DNA of 64,000 nt from Vicugna vicugna (taxonomy: Eukaryota): NCBI GenBank assembly GCA_013265495.1, contig MU057887.1, forward strand, positions 755,985 through 819,984. The letters run 5' to 3'. Each line of letters begins with the position of its first letter. Within the stretch, counting starts at the first letter, position 1. Position numbers and translations under genes: made by a program. This document shows, one piece after another, positions 52,935 through 64,000 of the stretch. Below the pieces are notes generated by a model that did no database searches, was not told the origin of the DNA, and worked only from the letters and a program-made list of their open reading frames with translations.

Positions 52935-53042
52935 ACACACATCAGACTCACCTGAGGAGCGCCCACGCCCTGGCCCCAACCTACTGAATCAGGATACCCA
53001 GGTGGGTTGGGGGCCATCAGATTGAAAAACGTTTGAGGATCC
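52935..53042. mobile_element. MER5A-like hAT-Charlie fragment
   Basis: 'catcagactcacctgaggagc...ctggccccaacctactgaatcagga'. Confidence 0.6.
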
Positions 53043-53489
53043 ATCATGGAACAGGTACTATATTGATTTAGCTCCTGCTTGTGGCCCCTGGGACATCCTT
53101 GTGCAGCTCCGCCCACCCCCCTCCGTTAGTGCAGGTGTGCACGGGGGGTGGTGCTGTGAAGGGCGAGCACGGGGGAGGGGGCGGTGCTGTGCGGGCTTTG
53201 GAGCTCTTTTTGTGCTTGTTCTTTAGTTGTCACAGTTAGTTGCCTCCTTCAGCCTGGTAGTTTATTTGGGCTGATTTCTTGGTGAAGATCTTTTGGACAC
53301 AGAGTCAGAATCAATCCACATGGTATGATTCAGCAGAAACGAGAGCCTGTGTTTATACAGATTTCTGGTCACCTTTCCCAGTGAATTGGAGTAATATTTA
53401 TTTAAACTAACTGCCCTTGGAGAACAGCCGCGGTAGTTTTTCAGATTTATAGTCTGTCTAGCATAGTATCAGGAGCAGAGGCGGGTTGT

Positions 53490-53925
53490 GCACTCACTGC
53501 TTTGGATAAGTTACCTTTTGGAACTGTTTTATCTGCAAAATGAGGATAATCATGGTAGGCACCCCCATGAAATCGTTGTGGTTACTAATTGAAATATGTA
53601 TGAGGCTCTCAGTGACTGGCCTGTAATTATCACCCAGTAAATGTGAGTTGCTATTTCTGCTTCCATGGTTCTGCTACCATTACCCCTCCTCCTCTGATGA
53701 CCTTGACTTTTTCCTCCAGGTAGCATCACTGTCAGGTATGGAAGGCAACATACAGCCATTGCCATTTAATCCTCAGAAACACCCTGGGAAACAGGTATCA
53801 TTCTTGCCGTTTTTCACGTCGGGGATCTGACCCGAGGCTTTGAAGGTTAAGATACTTGCCCTGCATTACATTAATGTAGCTGAGGTGGTATTTGAACTCA
53901 GCCTGTCTGACACCAGAGTGAATGA
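53490..53925. mobile_element. Two MIRs in opposite orientation
   Basis: Sense core 'atctgcaaaatgaggataat' ~53530; antisense 'catttaatcctcagaaacaccctg...atttgaactcagcctgtctgacaccagag' 53760-53920. Confidence 0.65.
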
Positions 53926-54874
53926 TCGTTAGCTTCTTATAACTGTAATTTATTAAGGGACTAGTGGGATTAATTCAGCAACAGCTGTCTGCCTGTGTCT
54001 CAGTTAGCTTGTTGTCCAGGGTAATAAAATTTTTGGCCTCGTGGCATGCCATTCAGCAAATTATACACGGGGAGTAGTTCAAATATAAATTCAGAAATTG
54101 TTGGAGATGTCAGCCTTTGGATTTGAATTACAGATATTTTGTTTCCAGAATTGCAGAGTGTTATTTCCTGCCCTAGAATGCTCATAAAACTCACTCTCTC
54201 ACTCTTTCTCCTCTTTGCCCCTCACTCCAGTCCTCTCATTGAAAACTTACCCATTTCAGGATGGGGCAGGCATGGCTTTCAAAATTGTAGATGGCATCAA
54301 TTTAAGCGTAACTTTGTAAGTCTTACTGTAGATTTCCCCCTAAAATCCTTCACATGGACATGCTGTCAGTTTTTTTATGAAGCAGGAATCATAGTTGTGA
54401 GACAGAGTTTGTTTAATCAGACGTGAGCTAGATGTGGAGGGTTGCTGGCAGCCGGCGGTTGAGAGAGAAGACTGTAGGTTGACTCTTGAGTCAGGGGTCT
54501 GTCTGGTGAGCCTGAGGCTGGGAGTTCAAGTGACGATGCCTGGGTTGAAGGAAGCAAGAGCCCAACCCTGGTGCACCGAGGTTCTGGACAGCTCCTCTCT
54601 GACCTCTTCCCCTGAGTCTGCTTGTGGTCTTCACCCCAGGGGATGGGTCAGCGAGTGGATGGCGTTTGTTCGCCCACTTGTGTCCTGCTAGGTTTTCAAG
54701 GACGCGTTTCGTGTGGTTCCCCGCAGCTGGAAGGAGTAGGGCGTTCCATGCTGTATCCACGCTGACATATAGGAAAGGTGCTTTCCGTGACTCTGCAGGA
54801 CTTTTCAGTACACGCCTGCTTTCTGGACTAGAAATGGGGATGGCAGATGTGATGCACAATTAAAATCAGTGATT

Positions 54875-54997
54875 TTAAAAAAATTTTTATGTTTATTTAT
54901 TAATTTTTAATTGAAATGCAGTCAAGTACAATGTGTCAGTCTCCGGTGTACAGCACAGTGTCCCAGTCATGCATTCATACATATATTCATTTTCTAA
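54875..54997 (-). mobile_element. Short L1 3' tail, antisense
   Basis: 'taattgaaatgcagtcaagtacaatgtgtcagtctccggtgtacagcacagtgtcccagtcatgcat'; TSD taaaatca(g/a)tgatt 54861-74 / 54998-55011. Confidence 0.85.
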
Positions 54998-57081
54998 TAA
55001 AATCAATGATTCTAGAAAGAAATCTACTGGAGTTAGATGTCCTACGTGTGAGTCCTCTGTTTTAGGAGAAGGATGGGGTTTGATGGTGGCTGGAAGTAGA
55101 GGGAGCTGGCGAGGTGGCCGGGGACTCGGCATGGGGGGGCCCCGCACACCAGACTGAAGTTTTTAGAACCCCTCTCCTTCCTTAACAGCGGGAGCCTTTG
55201 AAAGTTTTCACTGGCCGATGACTTGAAGTAAGTAGGATCACTTAACGAAGTGTGATTGATTCTCCGATAATAGTCAAGCCTGGTTTGTATTTTTATATTT
55301 TAAAGAGTCACTTCTGGTTGTTGTTGCTTTGTGTTTTTTGCCTTTTTTCCTTCAAAATCACTCACTACCCATCTCCTTGGATCTCCCATCTTACGATCGC
55401 TGGCAGAGTGCAGAAGTGTGTCTGCTGAGCCAGGGGAGGTCTGAGGGGCCGAGCGGCAGGAAGGCGGGAAGTCTGCTTTCACCTTTCCTTTTAGCTCAGC
55501 TCCGTCTCCCTCAGCAGGTCTCCTTGGACCCTGAGGCCTTCCTGTCACCGCTGGGCCACCTTGATTACCGCCACCCCGGGGTCTCCCTTCTGTCCCCCAG
55601 CCTGACTCCTTCAGGATCCGCCTGATGTTTGGTCCTTGGCCACAGCTGTGAGCTGTCTGTTCCTCATTCCTCTGCAGCCTGTTTGAGGTAGAGTCCACTG
55701 GCTGCTAACTTCACTCACGGAGGAATCACGGCTTCTTATGCCCAGCAGTCAGTGCCACACCGCCCCGTGCAGAAGGAATATTTTCAGAGCACACATTTGG
55801 GTTCCCTTTGAATCACACTTAGTAGGTGACCCGTTCCTAGCACTCCCAGGAGGCCGTCCAGCTCAGGGAGAGCGATGGCCTGGCTCTGTGGTCACAGCGC
55901 CCCGTTCATTTCCCAAGATTATGTGTGAATAAGAGAGAACGAAAATATCCTAACACTGAGCTGTATGTTGTCTTTTGTGCTCAGTTGTGGGGTCATTTGT
56001 TTTCTTTATTTTGGATTAATCCTTGCTCTAGGAAATCTGAGATTTTAGGAGTTTTGAAAATCTCTAAGGTCTGAGGATGGTTCTGACAGACTGATGGTCT
56101 TTCCCAGCATTTGGCCAAAATACAGGAAGAGCTCAGCATGTTTTATTTTCCACTTGAAGCAGTAAACAATTCTTATTTTTTTCTTAGTGAGAAATGCTCC
56201 CTGCCTAATGCAGATGTGTTTTCTCCCATTTGCTAGGGCATTTTAGATACTCGTATCCTCTCTCGTGTAGAAATAAATGAGAATTACGCATGTCAGACAT
56301 GATCTCAATCAGAACATGATTTTGAGAAACGCCCTGTTTGACTTTGATTTTGCTGGGTGGATTGCTCTGTGCATGATTACCTTCTCCTGGGACAAGGAAA
56401 GAGATTGAATAGAAACACCTGCCTGATAATGTAAATATTAAAGTAAAAATGGCATGGGTTTGGTCTTCAGATTCGTGTTCTTATAAAGTAAAATAATGAA
56501 ACAAAAAAGCCAACCTCCACAAGAAAGACACTAAAGTGAGTGGTTACGTCGCCTGCCTCAGGAGTCGGAGGCGGAATCCTGTGTGTTTGTGACTCTGGGA
56601 AAGAAAATTAACTAGCCTCACTCAGCCCGTTTACCCACCTTTAATGTAAGGCTAGCGACAGTGCCTGCCTCAGGAAGTTTTTATGTAGATTAAATGAGAA
56701 AATGTGTGACAAACGCTTAGCCCAACAGTAAGCAGTGAATGAATGTCAGTACACCTAACTCTGCTACTGTTACTATGGTGGATGTGTTGTAAACCTTAAT
56801 TGGACGGCATTTCTGAGATGTGGAATTACTCCAGAGCTCAAAGCAATGGATATAAAAAGGTGCTTGTTTCTGTGGCCAAGTCACGTCAAAGGAATAAAGA
56901 TTTTTAAAAATAGGTGATTGAAGAAGATTAATTGTATTCACAAAAAATGTTTTCCCTAGCTAGGCATTATAAACAAGTAAAGAATTTTAAAATAATCTCT
57001 TAGGATGGTCTCTGTAAATATTTTTACTGTGGTGCAGTTTCAGCGTTACATGTTCATGTAAAAACCTCTTCTGTGTTACAG

Positions 57082-57247
57082 AGTTACGCTGTTGGACCTT
57101 ATGATAGCCAAGATAGTGGGAGACGAGCCGCTGACCAAGGATGACGTCCCTGTGTTTTTGAGCCATGCCGAGCTGATTGCAAGCACTTTTGTGGACCAGT
57201 GCAAGATTGTGCTAAAATTGACCTCTGAGCAGCACACTGACGATGAG
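57082..57247 (+). CDS. ATXN10: Ataxin-10 exon 7 (166 nt); gene continues beyond window
   Basis: CAG acceptor; VTLLDLMIAKIVGDEPLTKDDVPVFLSHAELIASTFVDQCKIVLKLTSEQHTDDE; donor GAG|GTAAGA at 57248. Confidence 0.97.
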
Positions 57248-57356
57248 GTAAGAACAGATTCCATGGTCCTGGATGAGGGGAGAGCAGATAGATTTTCTGA
57301 CTCAGCAAGGTCCTTAAGAAAAGAGCCTTAAAGCCAGTTACATAAGTAACGTATCT

Positions 57357-57680
57357 GCTGTGGACTGAACGTCTGTGGGCGCTCACTCAGAAGTCCCCGT
57401 GCGGGAAACGTGGTGGCCGAGGGGATGGTGTTAGGAGCTGAAGATGAAGCGGGTTAGTGCTGTTATAAAAGACGCCTCAGGAAGATCCCGCACCCCTTCC
57501 GCACGTGAGGACACGGCGAGAGGCCGACCTCCTGCAGCCTAGAAGCGGGCCTTCCGCAGACCCAGCCGCGCCGGCACCCTAACCTTGGACTTCAGCCTCC
57601 AGAACTGTGGGAAATAAATGTTTGTTGTTTACAAGCCACCCAGTCTGTGGTGTTTTGTCACAGCAGCCTGAGCTAAGACA
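57357..57680 (+). mobile_element. MLT1A-like solo LTR
   Basis: 'tgctgtggactgaacgt...cttggacttcagcctccagaactgtgggaaataaatgtttgttgtttacaagccacccagtctgtggtgttttgtcacagcagcc..gctaagaca'. Confidence 0.85.
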
Positions 57681-58136
57681 GCATCTTTATTGGAGAACAG
57701 GACAGAAATGCAGATAAGGGGAAACTGCCCTTATTCTTACCATCCAGAGTTAATGACTTAAAATAAATGGTAGTTAGTCCATCCTTCTAGGCAGATAACA
57801 CCAGGTGTGTATGTGTATGCACGCGTGCGCTTTTTAAAAATGAAATCATTCAGTGCCACCTGTTTGTAAGTTCCTGTTTTTTCTTCACCTGAATGTGAGC
57901 TTCATGAGGGCAGAGTTTTGACTGTTATGTTCATAGAACTGTGTACACAGTAGGCCCTTGGTGAATGTTTGCTGGATGCATAAACAAACAGTACAGAGTG
58001 AGTGTCTCAAAAATGCTGGTGGAGCATTCAGTCAAGAATTTACCGTAATTATTTGTTCAGCTCTCTGTAGCTGGACCCATAGGTTGTTCTTACTTCTATT
58101 ATAATTAGTGCTATAGTATGTCTCTGTACATTTTTT

Positions 58137-59260
58137 AATTCTCCTCAAGTCTACCCTAGACCCCAGAATTCTTTTCTGTACCAAGGGGATGGACACTAGC
58201 ATGCAGTCATTCAGTTCCCCTCCTCTTTACTTCAGGAATTTTCTTTATTTTTGTGTACTCCTGCCATCCCTTCTGTCTTAAAGTTAGAATTGTTCTTTCT
58301 CTGGAATACTACTCAGCAGTTAAAAAGGAGTGCATTTCTGATATGACAACAGAGATGAATCTCAAACATACTGAGTGGAAAAAGCCTAGAGAACGTTCTG
58401 TATGATTCCATCTCTAGGAAATTCTAGAGCAGATGAAACTTACTGATAATGATGAAGCAGGTCAGGTGTCCCCTGGGGCTGGAAGTGGAGGGGTGCTGCT
58501 GATGGCCTGGGGACATGGGGGAACGTTTTGGGTAATAGAAGTGTATGCATTGCCGTGGACATCGACACCACTCTGTACTTTACACTTTGGATAGATATTT
58601 TTTATTGCATATAAAATTGGTTTATACACATTCCAGAACATAATTGAGGGGTCCTTTGCACGCTGAGAGGAGTGAGTAGAGAGGGAACCACTTGGGCAGA
58701 CAGGTGGGAATAGGTGGGCAGGGCTGCCCTTTGACAGACCCATCCACTCGCTGTGTCCAAATGGGAAGGCGGAAGCTGTGGACACGAACCCAGAGCTTTT
58801 CCTGGGGACTCGTGTGTGGGACCTGGTGAGGATGTTAACTCCCAGAGGGAACGCAGGCAGTGATTGTGACTGTTCCACCATGGGAACTGTATTTCCTCCT
58901 CTGTAAATACACTTTTTTCCAAGTCCCTTTGCTATTGATTTTCTGTGCTGTGTCATACAGGCCATACGTGGTCTCCCCAGTGAGGTCAGTATTTTAATTC
59001 TCATTTCTGGGGTAGAGGAGGGGAGAGTTACTCACAGGCTTCTTTCCTTTCTGGTGACAGATTTGCCTCTGTTTCCAACAGGAGGAGCAGTGAGCTGTGC
59101 TGCAAGAAAGTTTAAAAATGAATTTTCTAGGAGACAGAAAAAATGAAGTGAAACTTTGGACTTGTTAACTCACAGCTTTCAGAACAGAATGACTGTGAGC
59201 TAGTGTCCCTCCCCTGAATAAAGAAAAGACCTAAGGGTCTAGGGTAGGTTGAGGAGAATT
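58137..59260. mobile_element. Unclassified element bounded by ~80-bp imperfect inverted repeats
   Basis: 58137-58217 is the imperfect reverse complement of 59182-59260. Confidence 0.65.
58298..58620 (+). mobile_element. L1M 3' fragment nested in the inverted-repeat element
   Basis: 'tggaatactactcagcagttaaaaagga...gatgaatctcaaacatactgagtggaaaaagcc...tgtatgattccat'. Confidence 0.75.
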
Positions 59261-59638
59261 TACACTTTTTCAAGGCACTTAACGTTTATAGTACAGATGA
59301 TTTCAGTACGATAATAAGTTACCTGATGTAACTTTTTATGTTTAGGAAAAATAATATTTTTCAAACTTTTTTCTTTAAAATTGGGAGGAATTACTAGGAG
59401 GAATTATTATGTATTAATAGATAGAAAATTATAGATAGGTTTTTAAAAAGCCCAGATCGTTCACTTTGAAAATTCATTGATCTGTCGTCTCATGACTTAT
59501 ACATATTAATGTGTATATGTTATTCTTTAAGTTAGAAGTTAAAAAAATAGTAGTTTTAAAAAATTGAAGTATGGTTAATTTACAACCATAGTTGTTTTTA
59601 TGAAGACCCTTACCTCAGTATTTAATATGCCATAAACC

Positions 59639-60335
59639 CAGTGGTATACTGGAGCTGGCCTATACCTGTTGGAGAAAAATGTGTTACACCTCCATGTGGC
59701 AGCTCAGTTGTGACAGCAACCTGTATCCGGGCGAGGGACCAAGCAGCACTTGGAGAGTTGGAGAACTCAGGTTTATTACGCCAGCGGGCCCAGAGGAGTT
59801 AACATTTCAAGCTTTGGATGCCGTCAGTAGGTTTACACAGGCTTTTATAGGCTGCCAGTCTACACTTTGCAACGTCATATGCAAATAAGGTATAACAGAA
59901 GTTGACTAATTAGGAACAAGCTTTGTAGAAATGGACTAATCAGGAGGGAGAGAAAGAACCAATCAGGAGTGAGCTAGAGTGAGCTCACCAACAGAATTTT
60001 AGGGGTAAGTTCCACTTTCCTAGAAGTAAGCCGTTTCAGAGGCAAAAAGTGAGATAGAGCCACTGGGCCAGGGAACCCAGTGGTGCTGGCAGGAGAATAG
60101 TGGCCCTGCCTGGGGGTCCTGCCAGTCTTTTTTATGGGGCTTCCCACCTCATACCAACTTCTGAGAGTCAGTTATTAAGTATTCAGATTGGTGAGCTGGT
60201 GGTTAAACTCTTGGTAGCGAGAAGTCCGCCATGGGGGAAGCATTACACCGTGGGAATCAGCAGGTGCTGTCAGTCAGGGCTTTCGCCTCTGCCTCCTCCT
60301 CCTTCCCCCCCGGCCAGTTTACCAGCAAACACCAG
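59639..60335 (+). mobile_element. hAT-Blackjack MER63-like element, split by an LTR
   Basis: Termini 'cagtggtatactggagctggc' and 'gtttaccagcaaacaccagc'; resumes at 60152. Confidence 0.65.
59667..60151 (-). mobile_element. ERV1-type solo LTR (485 bp), antisense
   Basis: TG...CA termini, 4-bp TSD tacc 59663-66 / 60152-55; minus-strand TATAAAA (~59843-49) and AATAAA (~59772-77). Confidence 0.85.
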
Positions 60336-61909
60336 CCTTTACCCAGTTGTGACATTCTTAGGACAAGATGTTCAATAAAGTTCTCAGAATGCTGTGACCT
60401 AAAAATCAGAGTGAAAATCTGTTTTTAATTCATGTAATTGGCTTTAGAATTCTGAGGTTTTGTTCATGTGTCCCTTTATACACGTGGTCTTTGGTTCTCA
60501 CTCTAATGTATGTGTTTCTGCCTTTTGGTGTGTCCTGCTGTGCTACTTGTTTCTAATTCTTTGTGTATTTTTGTCTGTTCTTATTATGCTTATTTTTTAA
60601 GATTTAGGAGTCAGTTTAGCTTCATCTTGCATCTCAGTCTTGTCACTTGTAGTGAAACTTGCCTTTCTTACAAAATCTTTCCTTTGTTGTAAGAAAAAGT
60701 AATTCAAGCCAAAGTCAATGAAACAAAAAGTTCAGAACGTCTCATTTTCACCCATCCCCCACCTGTTTTCTGCAGACATATCAGCATATAATTTTTTCTT
60801 TTCCTTCCAAAGGTTTTTTTGTATATACACACCTGTACATTTTTGTTACCTTTTTTAAACACACTACTACATATTCTATCCTAATTTAACTTCTTTTTTT
60901 CTGATACTCTGATGTATCTGACACTTTAACACATGTATGTATACTCATCTCATTCTTTTTAAAAACTGAATCATGTTTCACTATATAGACTTTTATGTGT
61001 AAATTTTTTCATCTGTTCTCCATAGACGTACATATGAGTTCCCTCCAGGTTTGTTTTTTAAAAAATCTTTACTATAGTGAACATTCTTGTACAAATATCT
61101 TTGCAATTTTGGACAAGTAGATCTGGGATTATAAATTCCTGGGAGTTGGATTCCTGGGTCAGAAAGAATACATTCATTTAAAATTTGTAAGAGATATTTC
61201 TAAATGACACACCAGAGAGTACAAGCATATGCGGGTCTGCAACCTTTCTCTAATCTAATTATCATTTTTCTTTCAGTGACCAATAATTTGTTTTCCATAT
61301 TAGATTACCTTTTAAAATATATTTATTAATGAGCATTTTTAGAAAATTAATCTTTTATCACAAATATAAGAACCCCCCCCATGGTTAATTTTTTTTGCCT
61401 GAATTTATTTGTGGTATTTTCAGCCTGTTAGGAGTTTGTTTTTAATCTAGGTAGGCTTGTCAGTTTTATCCTTACGGCTTCTGAATTTTTTCCCCACATA
61501 TTTAGTAAAACCTTCTCCACTTAGATTGTGGAAATACACACCTGTATATTCTAGTTCTTTCAGTATTTTGTCTGCATTTTTACTTAACCTAAAATATATT
61601 TTTGAGTAAGAAGTATAGAATTGAGCAAATATGTGTCTTAACTCTGCAAGATTATATAATCTTTGGTGGAAGACTGCTTGGGTTTGAACCTTGATTTCTT
61701 CCATTGCTGGTGTGTGATCTTGGAAGTTATTTACCTTTTTCATGTCCCAGTTTCTCTACCTGTAAAATGAATTGTATTTTAATATAAGCATTTGGTATAC
61801 TGACTGGTATGTAGTTAGCTAGCTGTTAATTATTGTATACGTGCCATTTAGTGACAGTCTCTTCCTTCCTACTTATTTTAATGCCCCCCAAATCATATGT
61901 TAAATTCTT

Positions 61910-63969
61910 TTTTTTTACAGCTTGACATTTAGTTTTTTTTTTTAAACATTTTTTATTGATTTATAATCATTTTACAATGTTGTGTCAAATTCCAGTGTTC
62001 AGCACAATTTTTCAGTCATACATGGGCATATGCACACTCATCGTCACGTTTTTTTCTCTGTGAGCTACCGTAACGTTTTGTGTGTATTTCCCTGTGCTAT
62101 GCGGTATCTTGTTTATCTATTCTACAATTTTGAAATCCCAGTCTATCCCTTCCCACCCTCCGCCCCCCTGGCAAACACAAGTCTGTATTCTATGTCTATG
62201 AGTCTATTTCTGTCCTGTATTTACGCTTTGTTTTTTTGTTTGTTTGTTTTTGTTTTTGTTTTTTAGATTCCACATATGAGCAATCTCATATGGTATTTTT
62301 CTTTCTCTTTCTGGCTTACTTCACTTAGAATGACATTCTCTAGAAGCATCCATGTTGCTGCAAATGGCGTTATGTTGTCAGTTTTTATGGCTGAATAGTG
62401 TTCCACTGTATAAATATACTACATCTTCTTTATCCATTTACCTGTTGATGGACATTTAGGCTGTTTCCATGTTTTGGCTATTGTAAATAATATTGCTGTG
62501 AACATTGGGGTGCAGGTGTCATCCTGAAGTAGGGTTCCTTCGGGATATAAGCCCAAGAGTGGGATTCCTGGGTCACATGGTAAGTCTATTCCTAGTCTTC
62601 TGAGGAATCTCCACACTGTTTTCCACAGTGGCTGCACCAAACTGCATTCCCACCAGCAGTGTAGGAGGATTCCCCTTTCTCCACAGCCTCTCCAGCATTT
62701 GTCATTTGTGGATTTTTGAATGACGGCCATTCTGACTGGCGTGAGGTGATACCTCATTGTAGTTTTGATTTGCATTTCTCTGATANNNNNNNNNNNNNNN
62801 NNNNNNNNNNNNNNNNNNNNNNNNNNNNNNNNNNNNNNNNNNNNNNNNNNNNNNNNNNNNNNNNNNNNNNNNNNNNNNNNNNNNNNNNNNNNNNNNNNNN
62901 NNNNNNNNNNNNNNNNNNNNNNNNNNNNNNNNNNNNNNNNNNNNNNNNNNNNNNNNNNNNNNNNNNNNNNNNNNNNNNNNNNNNNNNNNNNNNNNNNNNN
63001 NNNNNNNNNNNNNNNNNNNNNNNNNNNNNNNNNNNNNNNNNNNNNNNNNNNNNNNNNNNNNNNNNNNNNNNNNNNNNNNNNNNNNNNNNNNNNNNNNNNN
63101 NNNNNNNNNNNNNNNNNNNNNNNNNNNNNNNNNNNNNNNNNNNNNNNNNNNNNNNNNNNNNNNNNNNNNNNNNNNNNNNNNNNNNNNNNNNNNNNNNNNN
63201 NNNNNNNNNNNNNNNNNNNNNNNNNNNNNNNNNNNNNNNNNNNNNNNNNNNNNNNNNNNNNNNNNNNNNNNNNNNNNNNNNNNNNNNNNNNNNNNNNNNN
63301 NNNNNNNNNNNNNNNNNNNNNNNNNNNNNNNNNNNNNNNNNNNNNNNNNNNNNNNNNNNNNNNNNNNNNNNNNNNNNNNNNNNNNNNNNNNNNNNNNNNN
63401 NNNNNNNNNNNNNNNNNNNNNNNNNNNNNNNNNNNNNNNNNNNNNNNNNNNNNNNNNNNNNNNNNNNNNNNNNNNNNNNNNNNNNNNNNNNNNNNNNNNN
63501 NNNNNNNNNNNNNNNNNNNNNNNNNNNNNNNNNNNNNNNNNNNNNNNNNNNNNNNNNNNNNNNNNNNNNNNNNNNNNNNNNNNNNNNNNNNNNNNNNNNN
63601 NNNNNNNNNNNNNNNNNNNNNNNNNNNNNNNNNNNNNNNNNNNNNTTTTATTACTTTGGGTGCTGTTTTAAAGGGGATTGTTTCTTTACTTTCTTTTTCT
63701 GTTGATTCATCATTAGTGTAAAGAAATGCAACTGATTTTTGAATGTTAATTTGGTAACCTGCTACCTTGCTGAGTTCTTCAATCAGCTCTAGTAGTTTTT
63801 GTGTGGACCTTTTAGGGTTTTCTATGTATAGTAACATGTCATCAGCATTTAGTGACACTTTTACCACTTCTTTTCCAATTTGGATCCCTTTTATTTCTCT
63901 CTCTTGCCTGATTGCTGTGGCTAGGACTTCTAGGACTATGTTGAATAGGAGTGGTGATAGTGGGCATCA
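61910..63969 (-). mobile_element. Young 5'-truncated L1 (RT through 3'UTR), antisense, spanning an assembly gap
   Basis: ORF2 RT motif [12 protein letters not shown] and C-terminal [20 protein letters not shown]...CWRGCGE..HCWWEC; TSD ttaaattctt 61900-09 / 63970-79. Confidence 0.93.
62786..63645. other. Assembly gap (860 N)
   Basis: Run of N inside L1 ORF2. Confidence 1.
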
Positions 63970-64000
63970 TTAAATTCTTAATATGCTTTTGGATCCCTTT

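Noticed and set aside
53490..53925. Inverted MIR pair as a dsRNA/editing substrate
   Set aside because: Copies are too diverged to form a convincing duplex.
62419..63867. Long ORFs of 318-482 aa
   Set aside because: Artefacts of the 860-N gap; the real residues are L1 ORF2 from a 5'-truncated copy.
57248..64000. SCA10-type (ATTCT)n repeat or ATXN10 exon 8
   Set aside because: No ATTCT array and no EALATIRLLDVLCEMT-like exon found; both lie downstream of the window.

Overview
Mammalian genomic DNA, very probably camelid (tRNA-Ala-derived Vic-1-like SINEs). The window covers the 5' half of ATXN10 (ataxin-10) on the + strand. It runs from the 3' part of exon 1, inside a CpG island, through exons 2-7 (19844-20035, 25534-25616, 33747-33843, 36019-36177, 47008-47088, 57082-57247). 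All introns are GT-AG, and the exons splice into one open frame matching human residues ~14-298. The start codon lies upstream of the window; exon 8 onward and the SCA10 intron-9 repeat lie downstream. The rest is intron rich in L1, L2, MIR, MaLR/ERV LTRs and DNA transposons, with one 860-N assembly gap. Almost all listed ORFs are spurious or L1 remnants. I found no new protein-coding system. The most unusual elements are: a ~1.1 kb element with ~80-bp inverted termini and a DIRS-like layout (58137-59260); an 83-bp TTAA-flanked piggyBac-type MITE (6364-6446); a twin-primed 5'-inverted L1; an L1 with a short 3' transduction; a complete two-LTR MaLR provirus next to exon 3; and an antisense solo LTR with intact promoter motifs. 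Repeat subfamily names come from remembered consensus sequences and their boundaries are approximate.
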